Shown here one piece after another: positions 1 to 13,100 of a stretch of 64,000 nt of DNA (its first letter is position 1; the number at the start of each line of letters is the position of its first letter). Below the pieces are notes generated by a model. That model did not search any database, was not told the DNA's origin, and saw nothing but the letters and a program-made list of their open reading frames with translations. The DNA comes from Nageia nagi. Lineage: Eukaryota; Plantae; Pinophyta. A program made the position numbers and the translations under genes. The stretch is taken from contig JBITNC010000001.1 in the NCBI GenBank assembly GCA_050084985.1, forward strand, positions 62,744,001-62,808,000, given 5' to 3'.

Positions 1-3000
1 TTTGCTATACTATTTGGTTTTTAATTTTAATATATTATTCCAATTGAATTAATTAATGCATTGCTTGTATATGGTTATTTCATATTTCAATATTTCTTAT
101 GGTATTCAAGGTACAACCCCTTTTTATTTCTACTAGATTCTTAAAAGGTGGTATCAAAGCCTTGAATTTGGCTACCTATGGGCATTTTTGTGTGGTTCCA
201 TCAAGCGAAAAAAAACAAGAATTTATCTATTTTACAACTAAAACTTTGCCTAAATTTTTGCAAATTGTAAGGTTACATTGAAGTGGAACCCTATAAATCA
301 CTATTTTTTCAACTAAAACTTTGTCCATTTTTTCAAAATCTCAGGAAACCCTCAAACTTATCACCTGAAATAGAAAATCTGAAATAGGTAAAAACTTTTA
401 TAGTGAATATCTTCCAAACCATGAAGACTTACCAAATTCTAAGGGTGCCCATTATGACCTTCCTCATTTTGACATTTTTTCAACCTAATCATTTTCATAT
501 GTAGCATCGATATACTTTTTTTAACTCTCAAAAATAACAGTCACTAAAAATAGTAAGTCAAGACCTAGCTTGTATTTCAAATGGAGGGGAAACGATCTCA
601 AGACCTCACTCTGGAAATATTAGATAATAAGGTTAAATGGCTTGAAGCTGACCTTGGTGGAGTTGACCTCAAATATGCTATTGAAGAGATAAATAGAAAA
701 TTATCTAAATTTTTCTAGGAAACCTTATTAGATTGGGCACTAAATATGATTCTACGAATTCAAATCTATTGGAAGTACAAAGAATAGGTCTTACAACTCT
801 ACAATAATCATCTATGCAACGATAAATATTATCATAGGGCATTCTAGGTACAAGTATTCTACAATACTTAGGAAAAAATACTCATTTGCAAGCACAACAG
901 GTGCATATGAGAGGTCCTCTGGCCTTTATCCTTATAAGGATAACTAAGTTGGATTTCCCTTGATTTGATAGAGAGGATCCCACTGGATGGAATTATAGAG
1001 CAAACTAATACTTTACACTGAATCAAATTCTTGAGGTTTAGAAGATCAATATATTTTCTTTTCATTTAAAGCATGAGACCATTCAGTGGTACCAAATGTT
1101 TGAAAAGCTAATACGAATCCTTGTTAGGGGGATTTCCTAAAACTATTTTTGGTGAGGTTTGGACCAAGTGATTTTGAGGATTTCACAAGAGCACCTACAA
1201 AAATTCAATAAATATCAATTGTGAAATAATATCATATACAATTCAAAAAGCTTACAAATTGCATGGAGGGATTAGATTAATTATCTTTTTTTAGGAGTTG
1301 CTTCATTAGTGGGATTAAGGAAGACATCAGGGTGGAAGTCAAAATGTCCAATACTATCACTATAATATAGGCTATTCGGTTTGCTAAATTGGAAAAAGAC
1401 AAATTCAATACCCCACATTGATAAGGGCTGAAAACATTCATCAAACCTCAAGCTTCTCCTAAACTTATTCATTTATTTCAAATTAAGCAACTCAGTAAAG
1501 AGGAAATGAATGAGTACAAAGTGAATGGTCTTTGCTATAATTATAATCAAAGATTGTATTTCCTTAATGCAGATATATTTTGATGATTTAGAGGATGTAA
1601 TTGTTATTGAGGAAGAAGGTAATGAGCTTGAAATAATTGAAAAATATGTTCTTGTAATTTCTTGTAGTACCCTTGCAAGAGTTATGACACCCCAAATAAT
1701 GAAGGTTTTTCAAAAAATTATCTCTCATCATTTTACTTAACTAAAGAAGAACACATAATTTCATTGATCCTTATGTGGATGAACATGCTAATTATTTTAT
1801 ATATCCTCAAAATAAATTTTGAAGTAATGATTTTAAATGGAGGTAGAATTTCTTGCAAGGGGAAACATTGAAGTGTTAAGCTCAACATGGAAGATTAGCA
1901 CATACAAAGTTATATGTATGTACTTCCATTGGGAGAGTATGATGTGCTCTTAATAGTTCAATAGTTATGAATATTCAAACCTATAGTATGGGATTTCCTT
2001 GAACTGTGGATGAAATTCACTATTGCAAGACATGAATATCTAATCATTGGACTATGTGTTTGTCCACATAGATTATTGGTTCACATCAAATGGAGAAACA
2101 AAATTCGAAAAGGAAAAGAGGGAATGGTTGGAAAAGTATTTGTAATACAATGAATTGCGCAATAAGGGAGATGAATTAGTAGAGCTACAACAACTTTTGG
2201 CAAGTCATGAGAAGGTTTTTGAGGAACCAAAACATTTACACCCTAATTGCCCTCAAGAACACACTATATAAATAGCTCTCGATAGTCAACCATCCAACAT
2301 TTCACCCTACTCCTATCCATATTTGCAGAAAGATGAAATTGAAAAATTGGTATAGGAAATATTGGATGCAAGAATTATGAGGCCAAGTTGTAGTTCTTAC
2401 TCTTTGCCTATCATATTAGTCCAAAAAATGGATGGATCTTAGCAGTTATGCAGTAGACTTTCAAGTTGTCAATAAATAACTGTGAAAATAAATTCCTATT
2501 TCCATCATTTATGAACTATTGGATGAGCCACATGGAGCCAAATATTTCTCAAAACTAGATTTCTTATCAAGATATCATGAGATTTGACTCTGTGAAGAGA
2601 ATATTTTAAAAATAACTTTTTAGAAGTATCAAAGATATTATAAACTTTTATTAATATCATTCAGCTTTAATAATTCTTTTCAACATTCTAGAGTTTGATG
2701 AATCAAGTATTTCACCCTTATCTTCCTTAATTCCTTTTGATTTTCTTTAATGATATTTTGATCTATAGAAGGCATGGCAGGATATCTTCACAGCTTAATT
2801 CAAACTCTACAATTACTTTAAGAGCATCAATTATAAATAAAGAAATCCAAGTGTTCCCTTAGGCTTTTGAGATTTAATACTTGGGCCATGTCGTTTCTAA
2901 GGATGAAGTCAAGGTAGATCCACATAAAATTATCGACATTGAAGATTGGCTTATTCCAAAACCACTGAAGGATTCACAAGGATTTTTGGACCTAATAGGT

Positions 3001-4447
3001 TACTATCAAAAATTTGTGAAGAATTATGGAAAGATTGCAACTCCACTCATATTGGTACTCAAAAAAAATTTCTTATTTGGTCACCAGTTACTAAAAACTA
3101 AAGGAGCTTATTATGTTCTAATCCTATTTTAACCATGTTAGATCTTTTCAAAACATTTAAATTTGGCCCGATATACCTATGCAAAGCAGATGTTGGTAAT
3201 AATTTATATGCTTCAACAATGGATACCATACCTGATTGGTCAATGTTTTATCTTACAAACAAATCACCATAATCTGAAATATTTTATAGAACAACAAATC
3301 ATGATAACTAAATTTCAAGAAAGGATGATCAAACTATTGGGATATGGCTATGAAATAATGTATCAAAAGGGCTTAGAGAATGTGGTTATGGATGCACATT
3401 CCCACAAACTTAGAGAACCCTTAGCACTTCAAGCAATCTCACTATCAAAACTCGAGTGCCTAGAGAAATTGAAATAGGAATGGATTCAATGTGATTCAGT
3501 TCAAGCATTAATTCAAAAAATTCAAACTAATCCTACTAGTAAATCAAAATTCTCTTTGCAAGATGGATTTTTACACTTCAAAGACCATATTGTGTTGCTA
3601 TCCACTTCTTCATACTGAGAAGTAATACTTTGGGAGTTGCATGTTACACCATCAATAGGATACTTTAGTTTTCTCAAACCTATAAGAGTTCTCCAACATA
3701 TTAGACCTAGTACTTATAAGTTGGAGTTACCAACATCCTCCAAGGTTGGTCATGTATTTCATGTTTTATGTTTGATATGGGTATTAAATCACAAGTTCAT
3801 ATTCAACCAGAGTTATTGGAATGCAATGATAATGATTCTATCAACATTAAACTTGAAGCAATTTTGGACAAAACACATCCTCAACCTTTGTCATCATACT
3901 ATATTCAAGATTTTGATCCAATGGTAGGTGCTAACACTAGAATATGCAACATAGGAAAATGTACATAAGCTTCAATAAGAGTTTCTAAATTTTTGGCTTT
4001 GAGGATAAGATGTTTTCCAAGAGGGATGGCATGTTAGCATCCCATATCCTAAGATCTAGTAAGGCTTATTTATGTTTTAGTTAACTTAATTATTTTCTTG
4101 CATCAGCTTGTAATGTGAACCATCATATGTTTGAAGGTGAACCCCCAACTTGAATGTAAATCATCAATTAGGTTAGGAGGACTATAAATACTTGTAATAA
4201 AGGTAAGGAGAGTATCTTGAAAAATATATTATCTTTTTGAGATGTAAGGAGGAAGCCCCCTCAAAGAGCTTGCAATTCACATTGCTATTAGTAAAGTTAT
4301 TCTATTTTGTTATCTAGTTGTTAATTTGAATATATTATTCCACTTTCTTTACTTGATACATTACAATTCTACTGGTTATTTTGTGTTTTAGTACATTTTA
4401 TGGTATTAAGGGTAAAACCAATTTTTAGTTATGCTAATTTCCTAAAA
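1..4447 (+). mobile_element. Decayed Ty3/gypsy chromovirus (Reina-like) LTR retrotransposon, unit 1; integrase core deleted
   Basis: 5' LTR end at 146 and PBS TGGTATCAAAGC (tRNA-Met type) at 149-160. Broken gag/PR/RT (LGHVVSKDEVKVDP..FLDLIGYYQKFVKNYGKIATPL), RNase H (FILQTNHHNLKYF..KLLGYGYEIMYQKG) and chromodomain (EAILDK..KILIQW). PPT AAGAGGGATGGCA, then 3' LTR 4032-4447. Confidence 0.92.
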
Positions 4448-4849
4448 GATACAGAGTAGTGGGAGCCACATCTGAAAGAATTATGAATAGCTAGAGAAAG
4501 AAGGAAAAAATAGATCTATGAATGGTAAAAACTATATCAAAGCACTAAATAAAATAAAAAAATAATGCAATGAAACAAGAATATAAATTAAAATTGGTAA
4601 TTTCCATCTACCTTAAGAAGAGACAAGTGATATATCAAGGAAGAGTGAGAAGGAACAAAACTATGAGGAATATTAAAGAATTGAGGATGATGAACTAATA
4701 GATTTAAAGGAGCTCTCGAATGCTATTATCCGCAAAGTGAGAGGAAGGAGGTAAAATAGGGAAGATCTAATGGAATTTGCAAATGCATACTTTGATGTTG
4801 ATGGTGAGTTTAAGTTCATACTTATACCATGTAATTTATTCATTTTTTT

Positions 4850-5310
4850 CAAGATATTGATGATATGAAATGGGTTTTAATAGATGAGAAAAACTATTTT
4901 TTAGCCAAGGAGAAATTTATACGAGGAAATGGGATCGAAACTTCATTCCATTCACTAAAAAACATACAAGATACCAAATTTGGATTAGTTATTATGCCCT
5001 TCCAATAGTGTTTTAGAAAAATAAAACCTTAAGAAAGATTTGATATATCATTTGAGAGTTATAAGGCAAGGATTTAGTATACAATAAAAAAACTTGAGAT
5101 CCAAGGAGAATCTCTCCAAGAAAAGAATATATATTTGGTTGATTATAAATGCTCAGTAGACAAAATTAATTACATTATCATCTAATTTTATTGATGCCTT
5201 AAGTAGGAGAAACCTATTATTTAAATTGATGGAAAATAAAGTTGTTGGATTTAAATTAATGTGGGAGAAGTATATGGATGATCCTAATTTTACTACAATC
5301 TACCATGCTT
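4850..5310 (+). pseudogene. Older gypsy (CRM-like) RT/RNase H remnants
   Basis: Degenerate RT motif TKFGL..MPF at ~4975-5000 and RNase H end DALSRRNLLFKLMENKVVGFKLMWEKYMDDPNF at ~5193-5290; repeated in other units. Confidence 0.6.
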
Positions 5311-6914
5311 ATCAAGATCATTGATTGATTAGGAGGATTGTTGCACATTCACCCACTGCTTTACGTTTATGGATGGAATTTTACTCTATAGGTATATTTA
5401 TCAATGAAAAGAGTTCAAATTTTGGAACACAATTTTCACATATTCTAAAAGGATACAAAGAGCTGAAAAAATATTAGAGCATAAACCGTTACGGCAGATT
5501 TACAAAATGTTATTATAATATTTTAGTGTTGTCAACTATTTTCACTATTATATGATGAAGGCTATTATTACATGATGAAGGTTATTATAGCCCAAAATAA
5601 CATTGCTATGTTTTTATAAGCTTCATATAACCATGAACTAAGGTAGAGGCTATATTAAAATGTTGTAAATTAGAGTAACTTTGTCTATTTTGTGAGTCCC
5701 AACATTTTCATTATGCCAAATAAAAAGATTATCACCCAGCATCCTTATAATTTATCAAAAACATGACTCCACATATTTCACTCATCCTTTCTTCTAAAAG
5801 AATAGAATATCATTTATTGTAGTACATTGTTTTCTCCTTTCTATGAGAATCATACAAATGGGTGCAATTCTTTTAATTGGTATATTTAAGATATGTATTT
5901 TACAATTTATTTAGGTTACCTTTTATCTTAAATGTTCGTCAGAATTATTCAAAATATCCTTTGTATTTCTTTATATTATTATGTCTACTAACTTTTATAA
6001 GAACACATCATCCACAAATAATATAGAGCTATTGTATTCAAGCTCCTACATTATTTTACCCCATGGATTAAATTTTTAATTATATCTTTTACTAGGTCAT
6101 TATCTAAAACTTCAACATTTATGGTGAAAAGCTAATAAAGGTAAAGGTAAATATGATTAACATCCATTGGAGACCAACTAATATATGGTACGGACAACTT
6201 GCAATAGACTATTACATATAGCATGTATGTACCCTATATAGAAGAAATAGAAGATTGACTATCTTTATGTTAATACCCTATATACTTTATAAAATTTGGT
6301 ACTAAACTCATTGACTAAAACTTGCTAAGACATAGATGCAATATACATTTACACGTTTTTTAAACCATTTACGGTAAATATGAACTTTCGATTTATGTTT
6401 AACATCATTTTCTATTTTATTAGATCATTTCTTTTAATATTAATATCATTTTATTTTTCTTTCTGATAAAAAATGAATTATAAACTTATTTATGATAATC
6501 ACAACATCAAATATCGAACTTATTTTGATAAAACCTCTAGTATTTTTAAAATAATTTGAATAAGTATAATTAATTAGCTATAGTTCTCAAATTTGAAGTT
6601 AGAAAATAATAAGTAAACTATCCAAGGTAATTCTTTTATTCATTTGTAAAGAACACTCTTATGTTGATTACGAACGTATAGCCTTTTCTATGATTAAGAA
6701 CTTGTGACCTTATCTTCATTTATGATTATTGACATAAATTACTTCAATGGACCAAATCATGTATATTAGGCAGCATTTCCAAGCAGCTACACAACCTGAA
6801 ATGGTCCATGGTAGACATCAAACAAGATATTCAGTAAATATGAAAGAGGAAAGAGAGAAAGAACAAAAGAATATCTCCGCGAGAAGGTATTAGTGAACGC
6901 CTGCAAGGTAAACG

Positions 6915-6968
6915 ATGGCCGGACGATGTGGCTTTCTTTTGCTCTACCTCTTCCTTTCCTGGCCATGA
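6915..6968 (+). pseudogene. Truncated copy of a candidate signal-peptide-like small ORF (MAGRCGFLLLYLFLSWP*)
   Basis: ATG in AAACGATGG context after a GA-rich leader inside the CpG island; hydrophobic N-terminus; the same ORF runs 47 codons in the copies at 30880 and 58482. Confidence 0.25.
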
Positions 6969-7803
6969 CCGATTTTCTCAATTTCTACTTTCTGCAATAC
7001 AGATTTCATTTTGAGGAGTTGAAATGGGGGAAAGAGTTGAGAGCGCGCAGGGGTTGAGCGCAAAACCACACAAAATGGAACCAAAATGCTGATATCAGTT
7101 TTACGGGACTGATCTCGGATTGGTTTGTTTCCTTTCGACTGTGAATCAACAGGTTTCAATTATCATCACGAGTGGTTCCTATTTCGAAAACTTTAATAAT
7201 TAACAGTAACTTTTCAATTTTATCTTTCTTATTAATGAGGGGTAAATTTAATAATTATTCTTTTAGGTCTATCGGATTAAGTGGCTTTTGCAAGCCCTTG
7301 AAGGTTTCAAATTTGACCCTAGATTCCAAGTAACTTACGAGTTTAAGTTAAACGATATAAGGTTTGTTGGGCTAATTATTAAACTTTTACAAGGCAATTT
7401 GCATTACATTCAGTGCAGATGAAAAAACAAAAGTGCAATTTGCAGTACCTTCAGTCTTGTTTACTTGTTTGCCTGTTCCATGCTTAAGTTCACGGGACAG
7501 GTTAATGATCTAGTTGAATACATCTTAGCCGTAGTATTCACCATTTTCGTATTGTTGAATCGCTCCATATTAAAGTGTGAGCGAAAATGGTAAAATTTGA
7601 CTCCCAAACATCATTTAGTATTCATAGTTCAGCTCACATTTATTACAATTGTTCAACATCAATTATCATATTGTGTAGCTTAACCCCAATAATGACAGGC
7701 GGAACTGAAAATCCGAAAAGAACATTGCATGTCGAAGTTTCTTTATTACAGCACCATCAAATATGAGCCAAAGCAGATCACTTGTGTCAGTGTATATCAC
7801 AAA

Positions 7804-8000
7804 TTCCAACCAGAATAAAAAGAGAATTCGAAAAAGGAGCAACCTGTCTGTTTTTATTATGCTTAGGACTTACATTAGGAACGATGATTAGGTCTATGGA
7901 CCAAATGATCTATATTATGGAGTATTTCCAATCAGAATAAAAAGAGAATTCCAAAAAGGAGCAACCTCTCTGTTTTTATTATGCTTAGCACTTACATTGG
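7804..8000. repeat. Direct repeat (~75 bp x2, period 122) in the 3' flank of the peptide gene, each copy with AATAAA on both strands
   Basis: TTCCAAyCAGAATAAAAAGAGAATTCsAAAAAGGAGCAACCTsTCTGTTTTTATTATGCTTAGsACTTACATT at 7804 and 7926; present in all five gene islands. Confidence 0.85.
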
Positions 8001-8053
8001 ATAGATAGAAAGCAGACATGGCAGGGAAGAGCATATTGGTGTGAGATCAAGTT

Positions 8054-8269
8054 TTAGGGATGATTATCAACAACGAGGGGTCTCGGAGGTGGATCACCAT
8101 GGCAGGGAAGACCGGGAGGAACACGAATATGGCCATTATGGCATATAGACAGAATTTTCCTCCCTCCGGCTTCAACTCCATCACTCACTGCACTTACGTT
8201 TCCATTCCCACTGTTGAGAAGTGCCAAAACAACCACCATTATCGTCAGTTTTAGCTTAAAATTATCCAT
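8054..8269 (-). CDS. Small secreted two-Cys peptide precursor, 71 aa, copy 1 (MDNFKLKLTIMVVVLALLNSGNGNVSAVSDGVEAGGRKILSICHNGHIRVPPGLPCHGDPPPRPLVVDNHP)
   Basis: ATG at 8269 in AGAGAATGG context, ~100 nt below TATAAAA. N-terminal basic + hydrophobic signal peptide, GRKIL motif, Cys-x12-Cys. ORF intact in three copies with AATAAA downstream. Confidence 0.85.
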   Translation of the reverse strand: MDNFKLKLTIMVVVLALLNSGNGNVSAVSDGVEAGGRKILSICHNGHIRVPPGLPCHGDPPPRPLVVDNHP

Positions 8270-8370
8270 TCTCTTCTGGACCGAACTCAACTTACTTCGT
8301 TTTTTAACAAGAAACTCGAACACTGCTGTAATGTAATTCGTTAGTAATTGGAAAGTGATATGAGGCCTCA

Positions 8371-8377
8371 TTTTATA
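8371..8377 (-). promoter_or_regulatory. TATA box of peptide gene copy 1
   Basis: TATAAAA on the minus strand 102 nt upstream of the ATG; conserved at 18784-18790, 32324-32330, 50765-50771 and 59698-59704. Confidence 0.7.
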
Positions 8378-9629
8378 CTGATACCGCATACGAATGGTTA
8401 CGTTGCCAGCAAGGAATAGTAGGGAAAGTGGACAACTCAACTCCATACGACTCGTAATGTCATTTTTTTCAGGGCAACTTGTACGATAACCGTGAAAGAG
8501 ATGACCAGGTCCTGCGGACGCCGTTGAATCGCGTCCTCGGACACGTTCTCGTTTGTTAGATGTTCCCCGCATAGATGGATTCTAACCAAAAACTGACAGA
8601 TTTGAATAGAACACAAAGGAAGCACAACTAGTAAGCATCCCGCGCATGCAACTTCAATACACTTTTTTTGTCACTCCTTTTGAATCACCTCGTCATACTT
8701 GTTCTCGTTCAAGTTGGACGCGCTTTTGGGTCCAATTCTTAATACTATTGATCACCCATTTATATCAAACCTTTTCAAAAACTTAAATATAATATAATTA
8801 AATGAAAATTTATAACCATAAACCAAAAAATTTTGAAAATTAAAAATTATGTATAAGAAAAGAAGACCTTAATTTATATCAAAGAAGATTTGCTACTTCA
8901 TATTATTTTGGATTTTAGTTGTGAAAACTTTTCTACAATAAGAATGATATCATTGTTATCCTTTTATCTTAATGCTTCTAATATCATTCTTATATTGGAG
9001 CTTTGGATAAACTATGATGAGGTATAGGTTCACAGGAAGGCAGTACCTCATAAAGTCAACAATGTAAGTAATGCTAATTTACTACACGTTAGTATTCATT
9101 CTACCTAAAGCTATGGTAATATAAAGCTTATAAAAATAAGCGGTCAAACTTACTAAAAATGTAGCATTTTGAAACTATTTGAACACCATTAGAAAATCAT
9201 AATAATATTTTTTAAAGTTATCTTAATAATTTTTTCAATGTTTTTTTATTTTTTGTATCTTTTTTAATACAAGTTAAACTCGTGTTTATGCATTATAATT
9301 CTTTTCATCGATGAGTAAAATAATTGAATGTGTTACCTTGAGTCCTAAGGCAAGAATAATCTAAGAAAGAATCAATAATCAAAATTTATCATTTTAAGTA
9401 CATATAATTAAATTTTATATACCCTTGTTATAATCCTAGCATATTGTACTAATTAATTATGTTTTACATAATCAATAATGCTCAATGTAACTTGTTGAAC
9501 TCATCATATTTTACTAACAAATCCATTATATGTTATGTTATTATTACTAAATAAGAACAGAAAGGAGGAAGCAATTTTAAAATAAGTAGAATGGATCTTC
9601 AAACACCTTGTATGGAGAGTTTAATATAA

Positions 9630-9790
9630 TCTTCCAAAAGGATTACCTCATATGAGAAAGATTTACACAAAATTGATTTAATCATTGGAGAAAACCTACC
9701 AAACAAATCACCCTATAACATGCACCTAATTATTACTATTTGTATTCGTAGTGAAGAGAAATATGATTAGAAAATGGTATTTTAAAACAA
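9630..9790 (+). pseudogene. Older gypsy (CRM-like) protease-RT linker remnant
   Basis: Reads GLPHMRK..HKIDLIIGENLPNKSPY across a frameshift, resembling the LPPxRxIxHxIDLxPGxxLPNxxxY motif that precedes gypsy RT. Confidence 0.6.
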
Positions 9791-9976
9791 ATGGGTTACA
9801 TGTATTCTCAATGATATGACTAGAAAAAAGTGTTTCAAAAAAATGAAGTGCAACATTGACTAAATTGGTGGACTACTTGCAAGAGTTATACCTATATTTT
9901 GACTCGTGATGCTAGAGTATCTAACAATTTTGTGATGCATCTTAAGTGACAAAGGGTTATTTGATGCCATGGTGAG

Positions 9977-10111
9977 CTAGGGGGAGGAGATCTAGTGATT
10001 GGACATCCAGTGAGTGGAGAGCCAATAAGTGGATAGACAATGAGAGGATAACTAACGAGCAGGTAGCCAAGGAGTGGAGAGCTAACTAGTTGAGTGCTAG
10101 TGAGAGAAGAG
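9977..10111. repeat. 15-bp degenerate minisatellite (consensus ~CTAGTGAGTGGAGAG), 9 units
   Basis: Units ctagtgattggacat/ccagtgagtggagag/ccaataagtggatag etc.; also at ~20363, ~51734, ~53808 and ~61266 (10 units). Confidence 0.85.
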
Positions 10112-10160
10112 CCAAGATGAAAAGCAATGAGCATAAAGCAACGGTACTGCTAAAAGCTCT

Positions 10161-13100
10161 TGTTAAGATCCCATATCCTAATATTTACTTTTACTTATTT
10201 ATATTTTAGTTAATTTAATTATTTGCTTGTATCGACTTGTAATGTGAACCATCATATTTTCTTAGATGAGTCACCATTTGGAATGTAAACTATCAATTAG
10301 GGTAGGATGACTATATAGACTTGTAAGACACGTAAGGAGAGTATCTTGGAAAATCAATTATCTTTTAGAGTTGTAAGGAGCAAGCTCCCTAGAAGCACCC
10401 TGCAATTCCTACGTTATAAGTAAAGTTATTTTGCTATACTATTTGGTTTTTAATTTGAATATATTATTCCAATTGAATTAATTAATGCATTGCTTGTATA
10501 TGGTTATTTCATATTTCAATATTTCTTATGGTATTCAGGTACAACCCCTTTTTATTTCTACTAGATTCTTAAAAGGTGGTATCAAAGCCTTGAATTTGGC
10601 TACCTATGGGCATTTTTGTGTGGTTCCATCAAGCGAAAAAAACAAGAATTTATCTATTTTACAACTAAAACTTTGCCTAAATTTTTGCAAATTGTAAGGT
10701 TACATTGAAGTGGAACCCTATAAATCACTATTTTTTCAACTAAAACTTTGTCCATTTTTTCAAAATCTCAGGAAACCCTCAAACTTATCACCTGAAATAG
10801 AAATCTGAAATAGGTAAAAACTTTTATAGTGAATATCTTCCAAACCATGAAGACTTACCAAATTCTAAGGGTGCCCATTATGACCTTCCTCATTTTGACA
10901 TTTTTTCAACCTAATCATTTTCATATGTAGCATCGATATACTTTTTTTAACTCTCAAAAATAACAGTCACTAAAATAGTATAGTCAAGACCTAGCTTGTA
11001 TTTCAAATGGAGGGGAAACGATCTCAAGACCTCACTCTGGAAATATTAGATAATAAGGTTAAATAGCTTGAAGCTGACCTTGGTGGAGTTGACCTCAAAT
11101 ATGCTATTGAAGAGATAAATAGAAAATTATCTAAATTTTTCTAGGAAACCTTATTAGATTGGGCACTAAATATGATTCTACGAATTCAAATCTATTGGAA
11201 GTACAAAAAATAGGTCTTACAACTCTACAATAATCATCTATGCAACGATAAATATTATCATAGGGCATTCTAGGTACAAGTATTCTACAATACTTAGGAA
11301 AAATACTCATTTGCAAGCACAACAGGTGCATTTTGAGAGGTCCTCTGGCCTTTATCCTTATAAGGATAACTAAGTTGGATTTCCCTTGATTTGATAGAGA
11401 GGATCCCACTGGATGGAATTATAGAGCAAACTAATACTTTACACTGAATCAAATTCTTGAGGTTTAGAAGATCAATATATTTTCTTTTCATTTAAAGCAT
11501 GAGACCATTCAGTGGTACCAAATGTTTGAAAAGCTAATAGGAATCCTTGTTAGGGGGATTTCCTAAAACTATTTTTGGTGAGGTTTGGACCAAGTGATTT
11601 TGAGGATTTCACAAGAGCACCTACAAAACTTCAATAAATATCAATTGTGAAATAATATCATATACAATTCAAAAAGCTTGCAAATTGCATAGAGGGATTA
11701 GATTAATTATCTTTTTTTAGGAGTTGCTTCATTAGTGGGATTAAGGAAGACATCAGGGTGGAAGTCAAAATGTCCAATCCTATGCACTATAATATAGGCT
11801 ATTCAGGTTTGCTAAATTGGAAAAAGACAAATTCAATACCCCACATTGAAAGGGCTGAAAAACATTCATCAAACCTCAAGCTTCTCCTAAACTTATTCAT
11901 TTATTTCAAATTAAGCAACTCAGTAAAGAGGAAATGAATGAGTACAAAGTGAATGGTCTTTGCTATAATTATAATAAAAGATTGTATTTCCTTAATGCAG
12001 ATATATTTTGATGATTTAGAGGATGTAATTGTTATTGAGGAAGAAGGTAATGAGCTTGAAATAATTGAAAAATATGTTCTTGTAATTTCTTGTAGTACCC
12101 TTGCAAGAGTTATGACACCCCAAATAATGAAGGTTTTTCAAAAAAATTATCTCTCATCATTTTACTTAACTAAAGAAGAACACATAATTTCATTGATCCT
12201 TATGTGGATGAACATGCTAATTATTTTATATATCCTCAAAATAATTTTGAAGTAATGATTTTAAATGGAGGTAGAATTTCTTGCAAGGGGAAACATTGAA
12301 GTGTTAAGCTCAACATGGAAGATTATGCACATACAAAGTTATATGTATGTACTTCCATTGGGAGAGTATGATGTGCTCTTAATAGTTCAATAGTTATCAA
12401 TATTCAAACCTATAGTATGGGATTTCCTTGAACTGTGGATGAAATTCACTATTGCAAGACATGAATATCTAATCATTGGACTATGTGTTTGTCCACCATA
12501 GATTATTGGTTCACATCAAATGGAGAAACAATTCGAAAAAGGAAAAGAGGGAATGGTTGGAAAAGTATTTGTAATACAATGAATTGCGCATAAGGAGATG
12601 AATTAGTAGAGCTACAACAACTTTTGGCAAGTCATGAGAAGGTTTTTGAGGAACCAAAACATTTACACCCTAATTGCCCTCAAGAACACACTATATAAAT
12701 AGCTCTCGATAGTCAACCATCCAACATTTACCCTACTCCTATCCATATTTGCAGAAAGATGAAATTGAAAAATTGGTAAGGAAATATTGGATGCAGAATT
12801 ATGAGGCCAAGTTGTAGTTCTTACTCTTTGCCTATCATATTAGTCCAAAAAATGGATGGATCTTAGCAGTTATGCGTTAGACTTTCAAGTTGTCAATAAA
12901 TAACTGTGAAAGATAAATTCCCTATTTCCATCATTTATGAACTATTGGATGAGCCACATGGAGCCAAATATTTCTCAAAACTAGATTTTTATCAAGATAT
13001 CATGAGATTTGACTCTGTGAAGAGAATATTTTAAAAATAACTTTTTAGAAGTATCAAAGATATTATAAACTTTTATTAATATCATTCAGCTTTAATAATT

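Noticed and set aside
99-4447. Short ORFs in LTRs and gag/pol regions recurring in several units
   Set aside because: They recur only because the DNA is duplicated; they are off-frame or fragmentary pieces of dead retroelements.
6787-7159. Minus-strand ORFs of 64-109 aa in the island (also 30799, 58398)
   Set aside because: They rely on TTG starts, are frameshifted between copies and have no recognisable homology; not fully excluded.
8054-8170. Assignment to CLE/CEP/IDA/PSY/RALF/CTNIP, or to an AEP-cyclised PawS1/SFTI-type peptide (G...D with two Cys)
   Set aside because: Diagnostic motifs are missing, there is no albumin or BURP host domain, and Pro follows the Asp, which does not fit AEP processing.
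8060-8254. Plus-strand ORFs overlapping the peptide gene (also 18473, 32013, 50470)
   Set aside because: Antisense shadows with variable length and frame and no recognisable features.
8270-8572. Long N-terminal extensions in the ORF track (172, 130 and 181 aa versions of the peptide ORF)
   Set aside because: The extensions differ between copies, run through the TATA box and would bury the signal peptide; the MDNF ATG is the plausible start.
8938-9051. Short inverted repeats (13 bp at 8938/8981; 8 bp at 9017/9044)
   Set aside because: Too short and AT-rich to support a miRNA hairpin or MITE; no TSD seen.
4032-10574. Idea that the array was seeded by recombination between two different LTR elements flanking the gene (diverged LTRs, no TSD)
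   Set aside because: Colinear remnants of an older gypsy pol on both sides, and the same AAAA terminus on both LTRs, favour one old nested insertion; weakened rather than disproved.
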